Source: Candidatus Eiseniibacteriota bacterium (GTDB taxonomy: Bacteria > Eisenbacteria > RBG-16-71-46). From it: a stretch of 64,000 bases of DNA. This document shows positions 19,951-28,615 of this stretch, piece after piece. The position numbers were made by a program, and so were the translations under genes. The first letter of the stretch is position 1. Every line of letters starts with the position of its first letter. The DNA lies in the NCBI GenBank assembly GCA_963744995.1, contig CAVUWA010000011.1, positions 96,001 to 160,000 of the forward strand. Reading direction: 5' to 3'. The notes under the pieces are model-generated. The model was given only the letters and a program-made list of their open reading frames with translations. It ran no database searches and had not been told where the DNA came from.

Positions 19951-20754
19951 TCACATCGGGCGGCCGAGCACCGCCTGCAGACGCTCGAGGAAGCGCCGCA
20001 CCTCGTCGGGATCGCGCAGCATGTAGCGCGCCCGGGTCGGCATGTCGTCGTGGCCGACGCGAATCCCGATGCCGTCCTTTTCCACCGCGGCGAACGCGTC
20101 CTCGTCGGTCTCGTCGTCGCCGATGAACATCGGCACGATCTCCGGGCCTTCGAGGTTCAGCGCGTGCAGCAGCCAGCGCAGCGCCTTGCCCTTGTCCCAT
20201 TCGATGGCCGGGCGCAGCTCGATGATCCGCTTGCCGCCGGTGGTCCTGAGTTCCGGATGCCGTGCGGCGACCGCGGCGACCGCGGCTTCGAGCCGTGGCA
20301 GCCACGCGTCGCGGACCTGGCGGTTGTGCACCGCGACCGCAAAGCGCTTGCGGTCCACCCACGCGCCCGAGAACGGCTTGATCGCCTCTTCCAGCTCGGC
20401 CGCGACCTGCTCGAGCACCGGCCGGAATGCGACACCCTCTTCGTTCTCGTGCGCGAACCCGTCGGGGCCGCTGATGTCGAAGCCATGGCTGCCGGCGTAG
20501 TACAGCTCGGGCAGCCCGACCATCCGCTCGGCGCTCGCGCGGTCACGCCCGCTGAGCACGGTCACCACCGTCTGCCGCGCCAGACGCTGCAGCGCGAGCC
20601 GCATGGGCTCGGAGAGCACGGCCTGGTCGGGGCGCGAGACGATCGGCGTGAGCGTGCCGTCGTAGTCGATGAAGATGACGACCCGCTTGCCGAACCAGTC
20701 TTCGGCCAGCTCGGGCAGTGCGGAAATCGCGGATGGAAGAGTCGATTCGGTCAT
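19951..20754 (-). CDS. otsB: Trehalose-6-phosphate phosphatase
   Basis: DYDGTLTPI, SGR, GSHG, ELRP..WDKG and GDDETDEDAF motifs. Confidence 0.93.
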   Translation of the reverse strand: MTESTLPSAISALPELAEDWFGKRVVIFIDYDGTLTPIVSRPDQAVLSEPMRLALQRLARQTVVTVLSGRDRASAERMVGLPELYYAGSHGFDISGPDGFAHENEEGVAFRPVLEQVAAELEEAIKPFSGAWVDRKRFAVAVHNRQVRDAWLPRLEAAVAAVAARHPELRTTGGKRIIELRPAIEWDKGKALRWLLHALNLEGPEIVPMFIGDDETDEDAFAAVEKDGIGIRVGHDDMPTRARYMLRDPDEVRRFLERLQAVLGRPM

Positions 20755-21015
20755 CGTTGCTCCAGGCGCGGGACCCGGGGGCCCACCCCGCCCCGCCTCG
20801 TCACCCGGTCCCGGCCTGTCGCGGCGCCGCGCACGGCGCTCCCTCGCGTATGCGGAGCTGGAATCGGGTCCGAGCACGGGGCGTGCCGGAAAAGTGGCGT
20901 GACGATCCACGCGGATGCGTGGCGATTACGAGATGGCCGGCCGCCCGGGGACACTGCCGCGTGACCGGCCGGCGTCCACCGGCGCCCACGCGGCGACACC
21001 CGAAGGACGCGCCGT

Positions 21016-21603
21016 TCAATACACCCAGGCGTAGTTGAGCTTGAGGCTCCAGACGTAGGTCTTGTCGAAATCCGAGATGATGCCGGCCCGCCCGTCGAAG
21101 CCGAAGACGCCGTTCGGACTCACCTGCACGTTGCCGCCGCCGACCAGATAGGTGCCGCCGCGAACGCTGCCGAACGAGTCCGGGTAGCGGTAGCCCTTGA
21201 CGAAGTTCGCCCCGTAGCCGGCGCCGAAATAGGGCCGAAACCCGCCGTTCCACAGGAAGTGCCGGCTGATCTCGAGGGAAATCGGCACGTCGATGATGGC
21301 GGCCTGGGCCACGTGGCCGAGCATCTCGTGGTGCACGTAGCCGCTGACCGACATGTGCGTGAACTTCCATACCGGCTGCAGCATGCGGGTGTAGCCGAAA
21401 CCGTACCCCGCAGCGCCGTTCGGGGCGTCCGGCGAGGCGAGCTTCGCGTAGCCGGCGCGGACCGAGATCCAGCCGGTCCCGGGCGCCCATGGATCTTCGA
21501 CGGCGTGCGCCGGAGCGGCGGCGGCCAGCATGAGGCCGGCCAGCACGAGCACGGCCCACGGCCTGGCGCCCGGACGGAACCGCCCGGGCCGTTCTTCGAT
21601 CAC
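21016..21603 (-). CDS. Small outer-membrane beta-barrel protein
   Basis: GGAAAGGAG RBS then GTG; signal peptide ending AHA; RPYFGAGYG strand; aromatic C-terminus. Confidence 0.8.
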   Translation of the reverse strand: MIEERPGRFRPGARPWAVLVLAGLMLAAAAPAHAVEDPWAPGTGWISVRAGYAKLASPDAPNGAAGYGFGYTRMLQPVWKFTHMSVSGYVHHEMLGHVAQAAIIDVPISLEISRHFLWNGGFRPYFGAGYGANFVKGYRYPDSFGSVRGGTYLVGGGNVQVSPNGVFGFDGRAGIISDFDKTYVWSLKLNYAWVY

Positions 21604-21876
21604 GCGCGATCTCCTTTCCACTTCCCGATGGCGCCGCAGGCGCGATGCACGCGGAGGGAACGGCGGCGCAGACTGCCGCGGACGGGCCGTTCGCACGGGC
21701 CGACGGCGGACGAAACAGGCCGCACAGGCTAGCAAGCCGCAGGGCGGGACTCAAGCGAGGCCGGGCGGACCGGTGCATCCGGGCGGGCGCGGGGTGGCGT
21801 GGTGGCGCTTCTCGATGCCGGACCTGCCCGGCGTGCCGTCATCGCGCATCCATTTCGCCGCATGCGTGCGAAGCGT

Positions 21877-22052
21877 ACGTCGGCGCGCATGGCGGGGCGG
21901 CGGTGAAGCTCCCTTCAGGGGGCCGCTGCGGCGCGGCCCTCCTGGCCGCACCTTGCTTGTCGCGGCCGCGCCCGCCATCCATGGCTCAACTGCCGCGGCC
22001 GCTCAACCCCCCTTCAGGGACTTCACCGCCGCCCCGCCATGCGCGCCGACGT
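21877..22052. repeat. Long palindromic element, copy 1
   Basis: Perfect 32-bp inverted arms at 21877-21908 and 22021-22052 around a 112-bp core similar to 34237-34351. Confidence 0.85.
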
Positions 22053-22171
22053 GCGTGACCCGACTCCCGGGTCTGCGCTGCTTCGCACGGAGGTCCGGGA
22101 TCGGTCGCGTTCGCCACCGTTCCCAATAAAACCGTTTCAGTAATCGCGGCCGCTTCGTTAGGTTCCGCTGC

Positions 22172-23449
22172 ATGAGTCCCCCGCGCTCTGCACGACACGC
22201 TCCGATCCGTTTCCGTCCCGCACGCCGCACCGATGTCGAGCGACTCGCCGAACTCGGCGCGCGCATCTGGCGCGTGAGCAGCATCGAGAAGCGCCGCGAG
22301 TTCTACACCGAACACCCGCGCTTCGGCCTGCGCGACGTGCGCGTCGCCGAGCTCGACGGCCAGGTCGTCGGTTCGCTGGTGCTCTACCCGCTCGAAGTGT
22401 GGGTCCGCGGACAGAAGGTGCCGTTCACCGGCATCGGCTCCGTATGCGTCTCACCCGAGCACCGGCGCCGCGGCGTCGCCGACACGCTGATGCGCTCGAC
22501 GCTGCGCGAGCTGCGCCAGCGCGGCCGCGCGTTGAGCGGCCTCTACCCGTGGCGCGGCTCCTACTACAGCCGCTTCGGCTACGGCGTCGCCGAATACGTG
22601 CACCAGATCGCGATCGCACCGGCCACCCTCCCGGGCGACGACGAGAGCCGCTGGGTGCGGCGCTCGATGCTGCCCGACCGTCCCGCCGTACAGGCGCTCT
22701 ACGACCGCATCGCCCAGCAGGGCCACTTCGCCGTGCACCGCTCGCAGGAGTGGTGGACGCATCGCCTGTGGACCTACCCCGGCGACTGGATCGTCTACGA
22801 GGGCCGGCGCCGCGGCCAGATCGAGGGCTACCTCTATTACGAGGTGGACCACTCGAACGGCCCGTTCAAGCTCGACGTCGCGCTCACCGAGTTCGTGGCC
22901 GCGACCCCCGCCGCACACCGCGGGCTGGTCGGCTACCTGGCCTCGCTCGCCGACCAGGTGCGCGAGATCATGTTCGTCGCGCCGCCCGACAACGCCTGGC
23001 TGCAGCTGCTGCGCTCGGCGCAGAACCTGCGCCCCGGCGCCGACATCTCGGTCTACAGCGACACCGGCAACGTCGCGAACGGCATGATGCTGCGCGTCAC
23101 CGACGTCAAGCTCGGGCTCGAGGCGTTCCCGGTGCGCTCGAGCGCCCGCGGTGAAATCGCGCTCGAGATCGCCGACCCGGTGATCCCGCAGAACAGCAAG
23201 GTCTACCGCGTGCGCGCGAGCGAAGGCCACCTCGCCGTGCGCGTGCAGGCCGCGCAGACCCGCTCGCGGAAGCGCGTGCCGAGGCTCAAGCTCGACATCG
23301 GGATGCTGGGGCCGCTGATCGCCGGCGCCATTTCGCCGACCCGTGCGGCCGAAATCGGGCTGATCGAGTCTGCGAGCGGCGGCGCCGACATCGTCGAGCC
23401 CTGGTTCCGCACCCGGCCGGCGTTCCTGTACCAGGCGAACGTGTTCTAG
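22172..23449 (+). CDS. Eis-like GNAT acetyltransferase
   Basis: GIGSVCVSPEHRRRGVA, YYSRFGY and MMLRVTD motifs plus a C-terminal SCP2-like region. Confidence 0.88.
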   Translation: MSPPRSARHAPIRFRPARRTDVERLAELGARIWRVSSIEKRREFYTEHPRFGLRDVRVAELDGQVVGSLVLYPLEVWVRGQKVPFTGIGSVCVSPEHRRRGVADTLMRSTLRELRQRGRALSGLYPWRGSYYSRFGYGVAEYVHQIAIAPATLPGDDESRWVRRSMLPDRPAVQALYDRIAQQGHFAVHRSQEWWTHRLWTYPGDWIVYEGRRRGQIEGYLYYEVDHSNGPFKLDVALTEFVAATPAAHRGLVGYLASLADQVREIMFVAPPDNAWLQLLRSAQNLRPGADISVYSDTGNVANGMMLRVTDVKLGLEAFPVRSSARGEIALEIADPVIPQNSKVYRVRASEGHLAVRVQAAQTRSRKRVPRLKLDIGMLGPLIAGAISPTRAAEIGLIESASGGADIVEPWFRTRPAFLYQANVF

Positions 23450-23678
23450 AGCGGCTGCGGGGCATCGCCCCGGCGAACGAGCCGCCGACCGTGAGTGCCC
23501 CCGCAAACCCGTCCCGGGACGGATTTCCGAACGGGCGTGCGGTGCGCTGTTGGGGGGGGCGCAACGTTCCCCGGGGAACGTGCGACGGCGCCGGCCCGAG
23601 TCACTCCATTCTGAGCCGTCTACTCACGTACGTCGTGGTCGACGGTGACGTCTGCCGGCCGGCCATCGCTCGGGACGA

Positions 23679-23731
23679 AGCCAACGCACGCACGCTGCGC
23701 GTCAGCGGTCCGCTTGAACGAATAGTCAGCT
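23679..23731 (-). repeat. Degenerate attC
   Basis: Minus strand AGCTGAC-TATTCGTTCAAGCGGACC...GTTGGCT; R'' AAC changed to GAC. Confidence 0.55.
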
Positions 23732-23767
23732 GCGTTCATGCGAGGGGTCAAAGAGCGGCAAGCCGAC

Positions 23768-24442
23768 TCACCCGACGAGGGAATCGAGCACGATGTCCAT
23801 GATCATGTGGGCCCCCCAGGGAGCCCAGATCGTTCGGGCACTTTGGGCGACCCAGGAAAACAGGACGCCCGTCGCGAAGACGGCCACTTGCAGTGACAGG
23901 GGATACTGCGTGTGCATTGCGGCCCATAACGCGCTCGTGACGATCGCCGCCGACACGAAACCGATCACGGGAGCGAGCGCGGCGAGAAGGAAGCCGCGGA
24001 ATATGAATTCCTCGTAGAAATTCGAAAAGACATTCCCCGCGATCGACCAGGGATCGGGGTTGATCCATCGGATCGCCGAACCCTGGCCCGTCGCGATCAG
24101 CACGCCGAGGATCAGGGCCATTGCGCCGAACGCTCCCATCAGGGCTTTTCTGAGCGGCCTGTGCCCCTTGCCCAGCGGCGGCGGATCGATCACGCCTGCG
24201 CGAGCGAAAGCGATCCACGCAACGCCCGCGGCGAGCGCCGGGAGTGTCGAATACAGCAAGAGGTGCGGCAGGAACTTCCAAAGCCCCGAGTAGGCGGGAA
24301 AACCGGCGGCGCGCAGCGCGGTGTCGCGCAGCCACCACGTGGGCCACAGCCCGATGAGATAGACGGCGGCCGCCGCGGCGAGAAGCATCGCGGCTGCATT
24401 CCTGGAAGGGACGGCCATTCTTGTGGCGGGCGCGTAGTTCAA
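23768..24442 (-). CDS. CPBP (CAAX/Abi) intramembrane protease, cassette
   Basis: EEFIFRG, WAAMH and AHMIMD motifs. Confidence 0.88.
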   Translation of the reverse strand: MNYAPATRMAVPSRNAAAMLLAAAAAVYLIGLWPTWWLRDTALRAAGFPAYSGLWKFLPHLLLYSTLPALAAGVAWIAFARAGVIDPPPLGKGHRPLRKALMGAFGAMALILGVLIATGQGSAIRWINPDPWSIAGNVFSNFYEEFIFRGFLLAALAPVIGFVSAAIVTSALWAAMHTQYPLSLQVAVFATGVLFSWVAQSARTIWAPWGAHMIMDIVLDSLVG

Positions 24443-24453
24443 GTGACCCCTGC

Positions 24454-24513
24454 CTCCAACACGACGATTCTCACGCAGCGCTTACTCGGGTCCGCTGCAG
24501 CGGCCTGTCAGCC
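24454..24513 (-). repeat. Degenerate attC
   Basis: Minus strand GGCTGAC-AGGCCGCTGCAGCGGACC...GTTGGAG; right arm pairs poorly. Confidence 0.45.
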
Positions 24514-24555
24514 AGCATTCGTGGCAAGCTCGGGCATCTGAGTGGACGAGCACGA

Positions 24556-25017
24556 CTACGCCTCGTTGTAGGCTCTCTCGAGCGCCGCCACGTCGAGCTT
24601 TACCATCGTCATCATGGCCTCCATCACAGCCTTCACCTTCCTGGGGTCCCGATCACGGATCAGCTCGGTGAATCGTCTGGGGACAATTTGCCAGGAGAGC
24701 CCGAAGGGGTCTTTGATCCAACCGCATTGCGTGGGCTTCGCTCCTGCCTTCACGAGTCTGTCCCAGTATTCATCCACCTCGTCCTGATCCGCGCAGTCCA
24801 CGTAGAGCGAGACTCCCTCAGAGAAGCTGAAGTACGGACCTCCGTTGTAGCCCATGAAGAGTTGACCGCCCACGACGAATTCGGCGGAGCTGATGGGACC
24901 GTCCTTGCCCGTGCGGGCGACGTTGCGTACTTCGGAGTTCGGAAACGTCGCGGTGTAGAACTCGATCGCCGCTTCGAGCTGGTCGTTGAACATGAGGAAA
25001 GGTGTCACTTTGTTCAT
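24556..25017 (-). CDS. PhnB/3-demethylubiquinone-9 methyltransferase-like VOC protein, cassette
   Basis: KVTPFLMF, YNGGPYF, DQDEVDEYW and CGWIKDPFGLSWQIVP motifs; AGGAG RBS. Confidence 0.9.
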   Translation of the reverse strand: MNKVTPFLMFNDQLEAAIEFYTATFPNSEVRNVARTGKDGPISSAEFVVGGQLFMGYNGGPYFSFSEGVSLYVDCADQDEVDEYWDRLVKAGAKPTQCGWIKDPFGLSWQIVPRRFTELIRDRDPRKVKAVMEAMMTMVKLDVAALERAYNEA

Positions 25018-25058
25018 GGGAGTGGCTCCTATGTGCGGGCGATGCGCTTCTGCGCCCA

Positions 25059-25146
25059 GCGCGCCAGGGCGTCGGGCCGCTCGACGCAGCCCGCCCGGCA
25101 AGGCCCTCGCGCCACCGCCATCCCGCACGAACGCTGCAACGGTCAC
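25059..25146 (-). pseudogene. intI: Relic of a second integron integrase (N-terminus plus a 37-bp internal fragment)
   Basis: 25059-25095 matches intI 29664-29700 at 32/37 nt; 25096-25146 matches the intI 5' region ~30352-30402. Confidence 0.75.
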
Positions 25147-25177
25147 GGTCTGCTCCTCTTTTCCCGGGGACGCGGGG

Positions 25178-25206
25178 ACGCTACGTCCCTCATTCAGGAC
25201 GGTCAA
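25178..25206 (-). promoter_or_regulatory. Relic copy of the integrase promoter
   Basis: TTGACC-N17-TAGCGT, homologous to 30434-30462. Confidence 0.6.
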
Positions 25207-25348
25207 CCTGCGGCTCGAGGTTGGCCTCGCCCGAATCCTCCGGCCAGTCTCCCGGGATTCGCGGGCTCGTCGAGGTCGTCGCATCCGCCACGGGCCACAC
25301 GACTTCACGACGGGGCCCCGGCGCCGCGCCACCGACCGAGGCGCCGAT

Positions 25349-25590
25349 TTGACCATCGAAGGCTTCCACGTCGTCCATGAGTTCATGCCCCGCTTCCGCG
25401 ACACCGACGCGATGGGGCACATCAACAACGCCGTCTACATCATCTATCTCGAGGTCGCGCGGCAGGAGTACTGGCGCGCGCTCGACGGCACCCAGGATTA
25501 CCGGCGCGTGCCGTTCATCCTCGCGCACGTCACGGTGACTTCCTCTCCGAGACGCTGGTCAACGAGACGCTGCTCGTCGGCTGCCGCTGC
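25349..25590 (+). pseudogene. Truncated, frameshifted copy of the thioesterase gene
   Basis: Aligns to 30594-30836; one base shorter, with a frameshift near 25537. Confidence 0.9.
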
Positions 25591-25591
25591 A

Positions 25592-25708
25592 CGACACCGG
25601 CAACGTCGCGAACGGGATGATGCTGCGGGTCACCGACGTCAAGCTCGGGCTCGAGGCGTTCCCGGTGCGCTCGAGCGCGCGCGGCGAGATCGCGCTCGAG
25701 ATCGCCGA
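25592..25708 (+). pseudogene. Internal fragment of an eis-like gene
   Basis: 117 nt aligning to 23059-23175 with 5 differences, all synonymous. Confidence 0.9.
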
Positions 25709-25733
25709 AAGAGCACGTCCGCCTGCGGACCGG

Positions 25734-26234
25734 TCATGGTTCGGGCCGAACCCAGCGGCTCCGCCCCGTCGTATCGGCGAGCTCCCACGGCTGGATGTCG
25801 GGCGCCTCAACCCCCAACGCCTTCAAGCTCGCGCACACCTGTTCGCCATGGGCGCTCACATGATGCAGGGCCTGAATGACGACCACGGCAGCATGCGTCT
25901 CGTATGTGCCGTCATCCAGATAGGCCAGCCGTTCGCCGTCCATGGGCGCCTGCAGAAATCGCTCCCACCTCGCGCCGCTCTCCTCCGCACGGGCGGCCAG
26001 CGCCTGCAGGTCATTCGTCTCGTTCTCCTGCGCCGACCAGTCGGCACGCCCCCCACCCAGGCTGGCCAGATAGCGCGCGTCGGCCAGCACGATGTGATTC
26101 AAGGTCGCAAGAATGCTGCCGAACCGGGGCCCCGGACGCGTCAGCTCGTCCATCGGGCGATTCTGGCAGGCCGCGATCAGCGTCTTCATGGCCCAATGCT
26201 TGTGCCGGAACGCTTCGATCAGGATCTCGTTCAT
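25734..26234 (-). CDS. DinB/YfiT family protein, cassette
   Basis: HKHWA, SILATLNHI and HHVSAHGEQ motifs; GAGGAG RBS. Confidence 0.85.
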   Translation of the reverse strand: MNEILIEAFRHKHWAMKTLIAACQNRPMDELTRPGPRFGSILATLNHIVLADARYLASLGGGRADWSAQENETNDLQALAARAEESGARWERFLQAPMDGERLAYLDDGTYETHAAVVVIQALHHVSAHGEQVCASLKALGVEAPDIQPWELADTTGRSRWVRPEP

Positions 26235-26253
26235 GTCTCCTCGAATGATGCCA

Positions 26254-26330
26254 GGCCCACGTGGGGGCATTCAGCGGCGAGCGTCGCCGAGCGCAGGAAG
26301 ACGAACGCCCGCTGCAACGCCCTGTCGCCG
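26254..26330 (-). repeat. Degenerate attC
   Basis: Minus strand CGGCGAC-AGGGCGTTGCAGCGG...GCCGCTGAATGCC-CCCAC-GTGGGCC. L boxes pair; both R boxes are mutated. Confidence 0.6.
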
Positions 26331-26338
26331 GCATCCCG

Positions 26339-26902
26339 TTAGCGCCTCTCCAGGAACCCCCTGCCCTCGAATATCGCAGGCATCGCCTTCTCGATTCTCG
26401 CCACCCGCGTCGCCGACTTCTTGGCCGCGGCGAAGTGATAGAGGTAGCTCCGCTGTCGTCCCGGCGTCAGCGCCTCGAAGGCGCGCCTGAAACGCGGATC
26501 CTTTCGGAACCGCTCCGTCAGCTCTTCGGGAACCGGAAGATCCGATGTCTGCCTCGGCTTCACCCGCAGCCCGGCCTTTTCGACGGCGATGGCCTCGCGT
26601 ACGTAGGCCTTGATGGTCGCTGCCTTCGCCCTGATGTCCTTCACGTCGGTGAACTTCATCACCCGCCCGGCCTGTACCTGGCCGAGCCGCGCCAGCAACT
26701 TCCCGGGGTCTTTCAGCAGGGCGCCCTGAAAGAATCCCAGTCCGAAGTACTCCTTGAAGCCATGCATGATGACGATGTTCTTCCCATCCACCGTGTAGGT
26801 GGGCTTCCCCCACTTGCGCTCCTCCTTCATCGGGAGCCCGGCGAGCACCCGCCGCATCTCGGCGATCTCGGCTTTCCAACGCTCTCGATAGGCCATCTCC
26901 AT
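26339..26902 (-). CDS. YdeI/OmpD-associated (DUF1801) protein, cassette
   Basis: KWGKPTY, FFQGALLKDP and FEALTPGRQRSY motifs. Confidence 0.88.
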   Translation of the reverse strand: MEMAYRERWKAEIAEMRRVLAGLPMKEERKWGKPTYTVDGKNIVIMHGFKEYFGLGFFQGALLKDPGKLLARLGQVQAGRVMKFTDVKDIRAKAATIKAYVREAIAVEKAGLRVKPRQTSDLPVPEELTERFRKDPRFRRAFEALTPGRQRSYLYHFAAAKKSATRVARIEKAMPAIFEGRGFLERR

Positions 26903-27003
26903 GCCGGCGCCCTTTCCGGTCGATCGGACCGCGTCATCTCCTCGCAGGCAACAAGCCACGGCGAGTGCGCAACCTCACCCGGGTCCCTGCCTTTCACATG
27001 GGC

Positions 27004-27129
27004 TCATCGGGAAGCCCCGCGCCCAAGCTCCTGGGCGAGCCCGATGAGAATTCCTTCGGGGCCCCGGATGTAGCAGAGCCGATACGCTACTGCGGCAAGG
27101 GCCGCAAAGAAGATGTACTCGAAGCTCAC
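27004..27129 (-). pseudogene. Chimeric remnant: start of one cassette gene joined to a VOC/glyoxalase C-terminus
   Basis: GGAGGG-GTG, then SFEYIFFAALAAVA fused to YRLCYIRGPEGILIGLAQEL, a typical VOC C-terminus. Confidence 0.6.
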
Positions 27130-27147
27130 TGGGTACCCTCCATGTCC

Positions 27148-27185
27148 GTCTAACGTCCTGCCGTTAGCCGGCGGCCGGCTAGCGG
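27148..27185 (-). repeat. Right half of an attC (L'/R' only)
   Basis: Minus strand GCCGCCGGCTAACGGCAGGAC-GTTAGAC; no matching left arm. Confidence 0.55.
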
Positions 27186-27300
27186 CTACCACCATCGGCG
27201 AGACGAACCATGCGCCGTAGAAGCAGGACTCCCACGACGCCGACTAAGGGAGAGGTCAGAAGCCCAGGGAGGATGCTGCGGAGGTCCTGGTTCATCGGGC

Positions 27301-27858
27301 TCACGCGTTCCCTGGAGGCCGGCGGATGTGCGGGTCCTGATCACGCCGCCTGGGCGAAGGCCAGCGCGGGATCCAGCGGCCCACTTCTGCCGTGTAGCCC
27401 GCGTACAACGGGCCGAACTTTCGCCGTAGCGCCGGTTCTTCGTAGAACAGCACAACAATGTTGACGACCAGAAGCCAGATGGCCGCGTACAGCAGCAGCG
27501 GCCTGGACCCGAAGAGCCCGACCTCCCCGATCAGGATGAGCAGGACCCCCAAGTACATTGGGTTGCGAACGTAGCGGTAGAGCCCCGTTACAACCAGTTG
27601 CTTCGGGTGGTCTATCGGGGCGGGGATCCCTCGGCCACGTGCAATGAAGTCCCAGAGGCACCAAAAGTAGACGAGGCCTCCGAGCACTAATGTCACCAGA
27701 GCAACAAGCTCGATGCCCCCCCATGCACTCGGGATTCTGCGGCCATCCGGACCGAGAAGCCACAGGGGAATCCACACCGTAACGGTGCCGGGCACCAGGA
27801 CGGTGAAGAGGATTGCCTCGAAGAGCAGCGTGACTTCCCGGAGCGTGAGCAGCTTCAT
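27301..27858 (-). CDS. Isoprenylcysteine carboxylmethyltransferase/PEMT family protein, cassette
   Basis: LVVTGLYRYVRNPMYLG and EEPALRRKFG..Y..Y...V.RWIP motifs. Confidence 0.9.
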   Translation of the reverse strand: MKLLTLREVTLLFEAILFTVLVPGTVTVWIPLWLLGPDGRRIPSAWGGIELVALVTLVLGGLVYFWCLWDFIARGRGIPAPIDHPKQLVVTGLYRYVRNPMYLGVLLILIGEVGLFGSRPLLLYAAIWLLVVNIVVLFYEEPALRRKFGPLYAGYTAEVGRWIPRWPSPRRRDQDPHIRRPPGNA

Positions 27859-27882
27859 GCAGCCTTCATCCAGAGTGGGGCC

Positions 27883-27945
27883 GGCTAACGCCTTGGCGAT
27901 CAGCGGCGCGGCGAAGCCGCGTCCGCCTGCATCGCCGTGTTAGGC
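27883..27945 (-). repeat. Intact attC (63 bp)
   Basis: Minus strand GCCTAAC-ACGGCGATGCAGGCGGACGCGGCTTCGCCGCGCCGCTGATCGCCAAGGC-GTTAGCC. Confidence 0.92.
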
Positions 27946-27979
27946 ATGCCGCCGCGCTCACCCCCTCTTCGCGCCAGCA

Positions 27980-28025
27980 GGGGCCGTGACGGCACCGATC
28001 CGCCAGCTGCAGCGGCTTGTTAGCC
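27980..28025 (-). repeat. Left half of an attC (R''/L'' only)
   Basis: Minus strand GGCTAAC-AAGCCGCTGCAGC...; overlaps the GNAT stop codon, right arm missing. Confidence 0.65.
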
Positions 28026-28526
28026 AGCCTTCTCGCGATTCAATCTCTCGCTCCTCTTCATCCGTTTCCAGCCTTGTCGCTCCGGATGAAGTGCCAGTCT
28101 TGCCGAAGACCCCTTGTATCCCGCGTTGTCTCCAATGAAGCGACTCTCGACCGTGAACCCTTCACTCACGTACAGATGGATGGCGCGATCGTTGTTTCCG
28201 CAAGCCAATGTCCAAGCATCCTCGCCCAGACGTTCGAGACAGTGGCGCAGGAGCGCCCGACCGATTCCGCCGCCGTAGAACGCCGGATCGACGTACAACC
28301 AGGCGAAATACGGTTCGTCGATCCCGGCAAACCCAACGACGTCCTCACCGTGTTGGGCGACGAACATCTCGCAGGCGGCTATGTACTTGCCCTCAGGATC
28401 CAACGCGAGCGGAATGAAAGCTCGCGCGTCGAACGACCCCCGTAGCTCATCGGGCCGAGACAGGTCGTGCACCCGGCAGATTGCCGACCAGTCAGCCGGT
28501 CTATAGTCCCGAATCTCGAAGTCCAT
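28020..28526 (-). CDS. GNAT acetyltransferase, cassette
   Basis: LYVDPAFYGGGIGRALL and NDRAIHLY..EGF motifs; stop codon lies in an R'' box. Confidence 0.9.
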   Translation of the reverse strand: MDFEIRDYRPADWSAICRVHDLSRPDELRGSFDARAFIPLALDPEGKYIAACEMFVAQHGEDVVGFAGIDEPYFAWLYVDPAFYGGGIGRALLRHCLERLGEDAWTLACGNNDRAIHLYVSEGFTVESRFIGDNAGYKGSSARLALHPERQGWKRMKRSERLNREKAG

Positions 28527-28556
28527 TGCTGCCCTCCAGGCCACGCATCACCGTCT

Positions 28557-28615
28557 GGCTAACGCGTTGCGCTTCAGCCGCGGGCGGCTCCGTCGGCTGC
28601 AAGCGCTAGCTGGGC
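28557..28615 (-). repeat. attC (59 bp) with variant R'' box
   Basis: Minus strand GCCCAGC-TAGCGCTTGCAGCCGACGGAGCCGCCCGCGGCTGAAGCGCAACGC-GTTAGCC. Confidence 0.8.

Noticed and set aside
26903..27003. Expected attC between the VOC remnant and the YdeI gene
   Set aside because: No recognisable R/L boxes or pairing could be found by eye.
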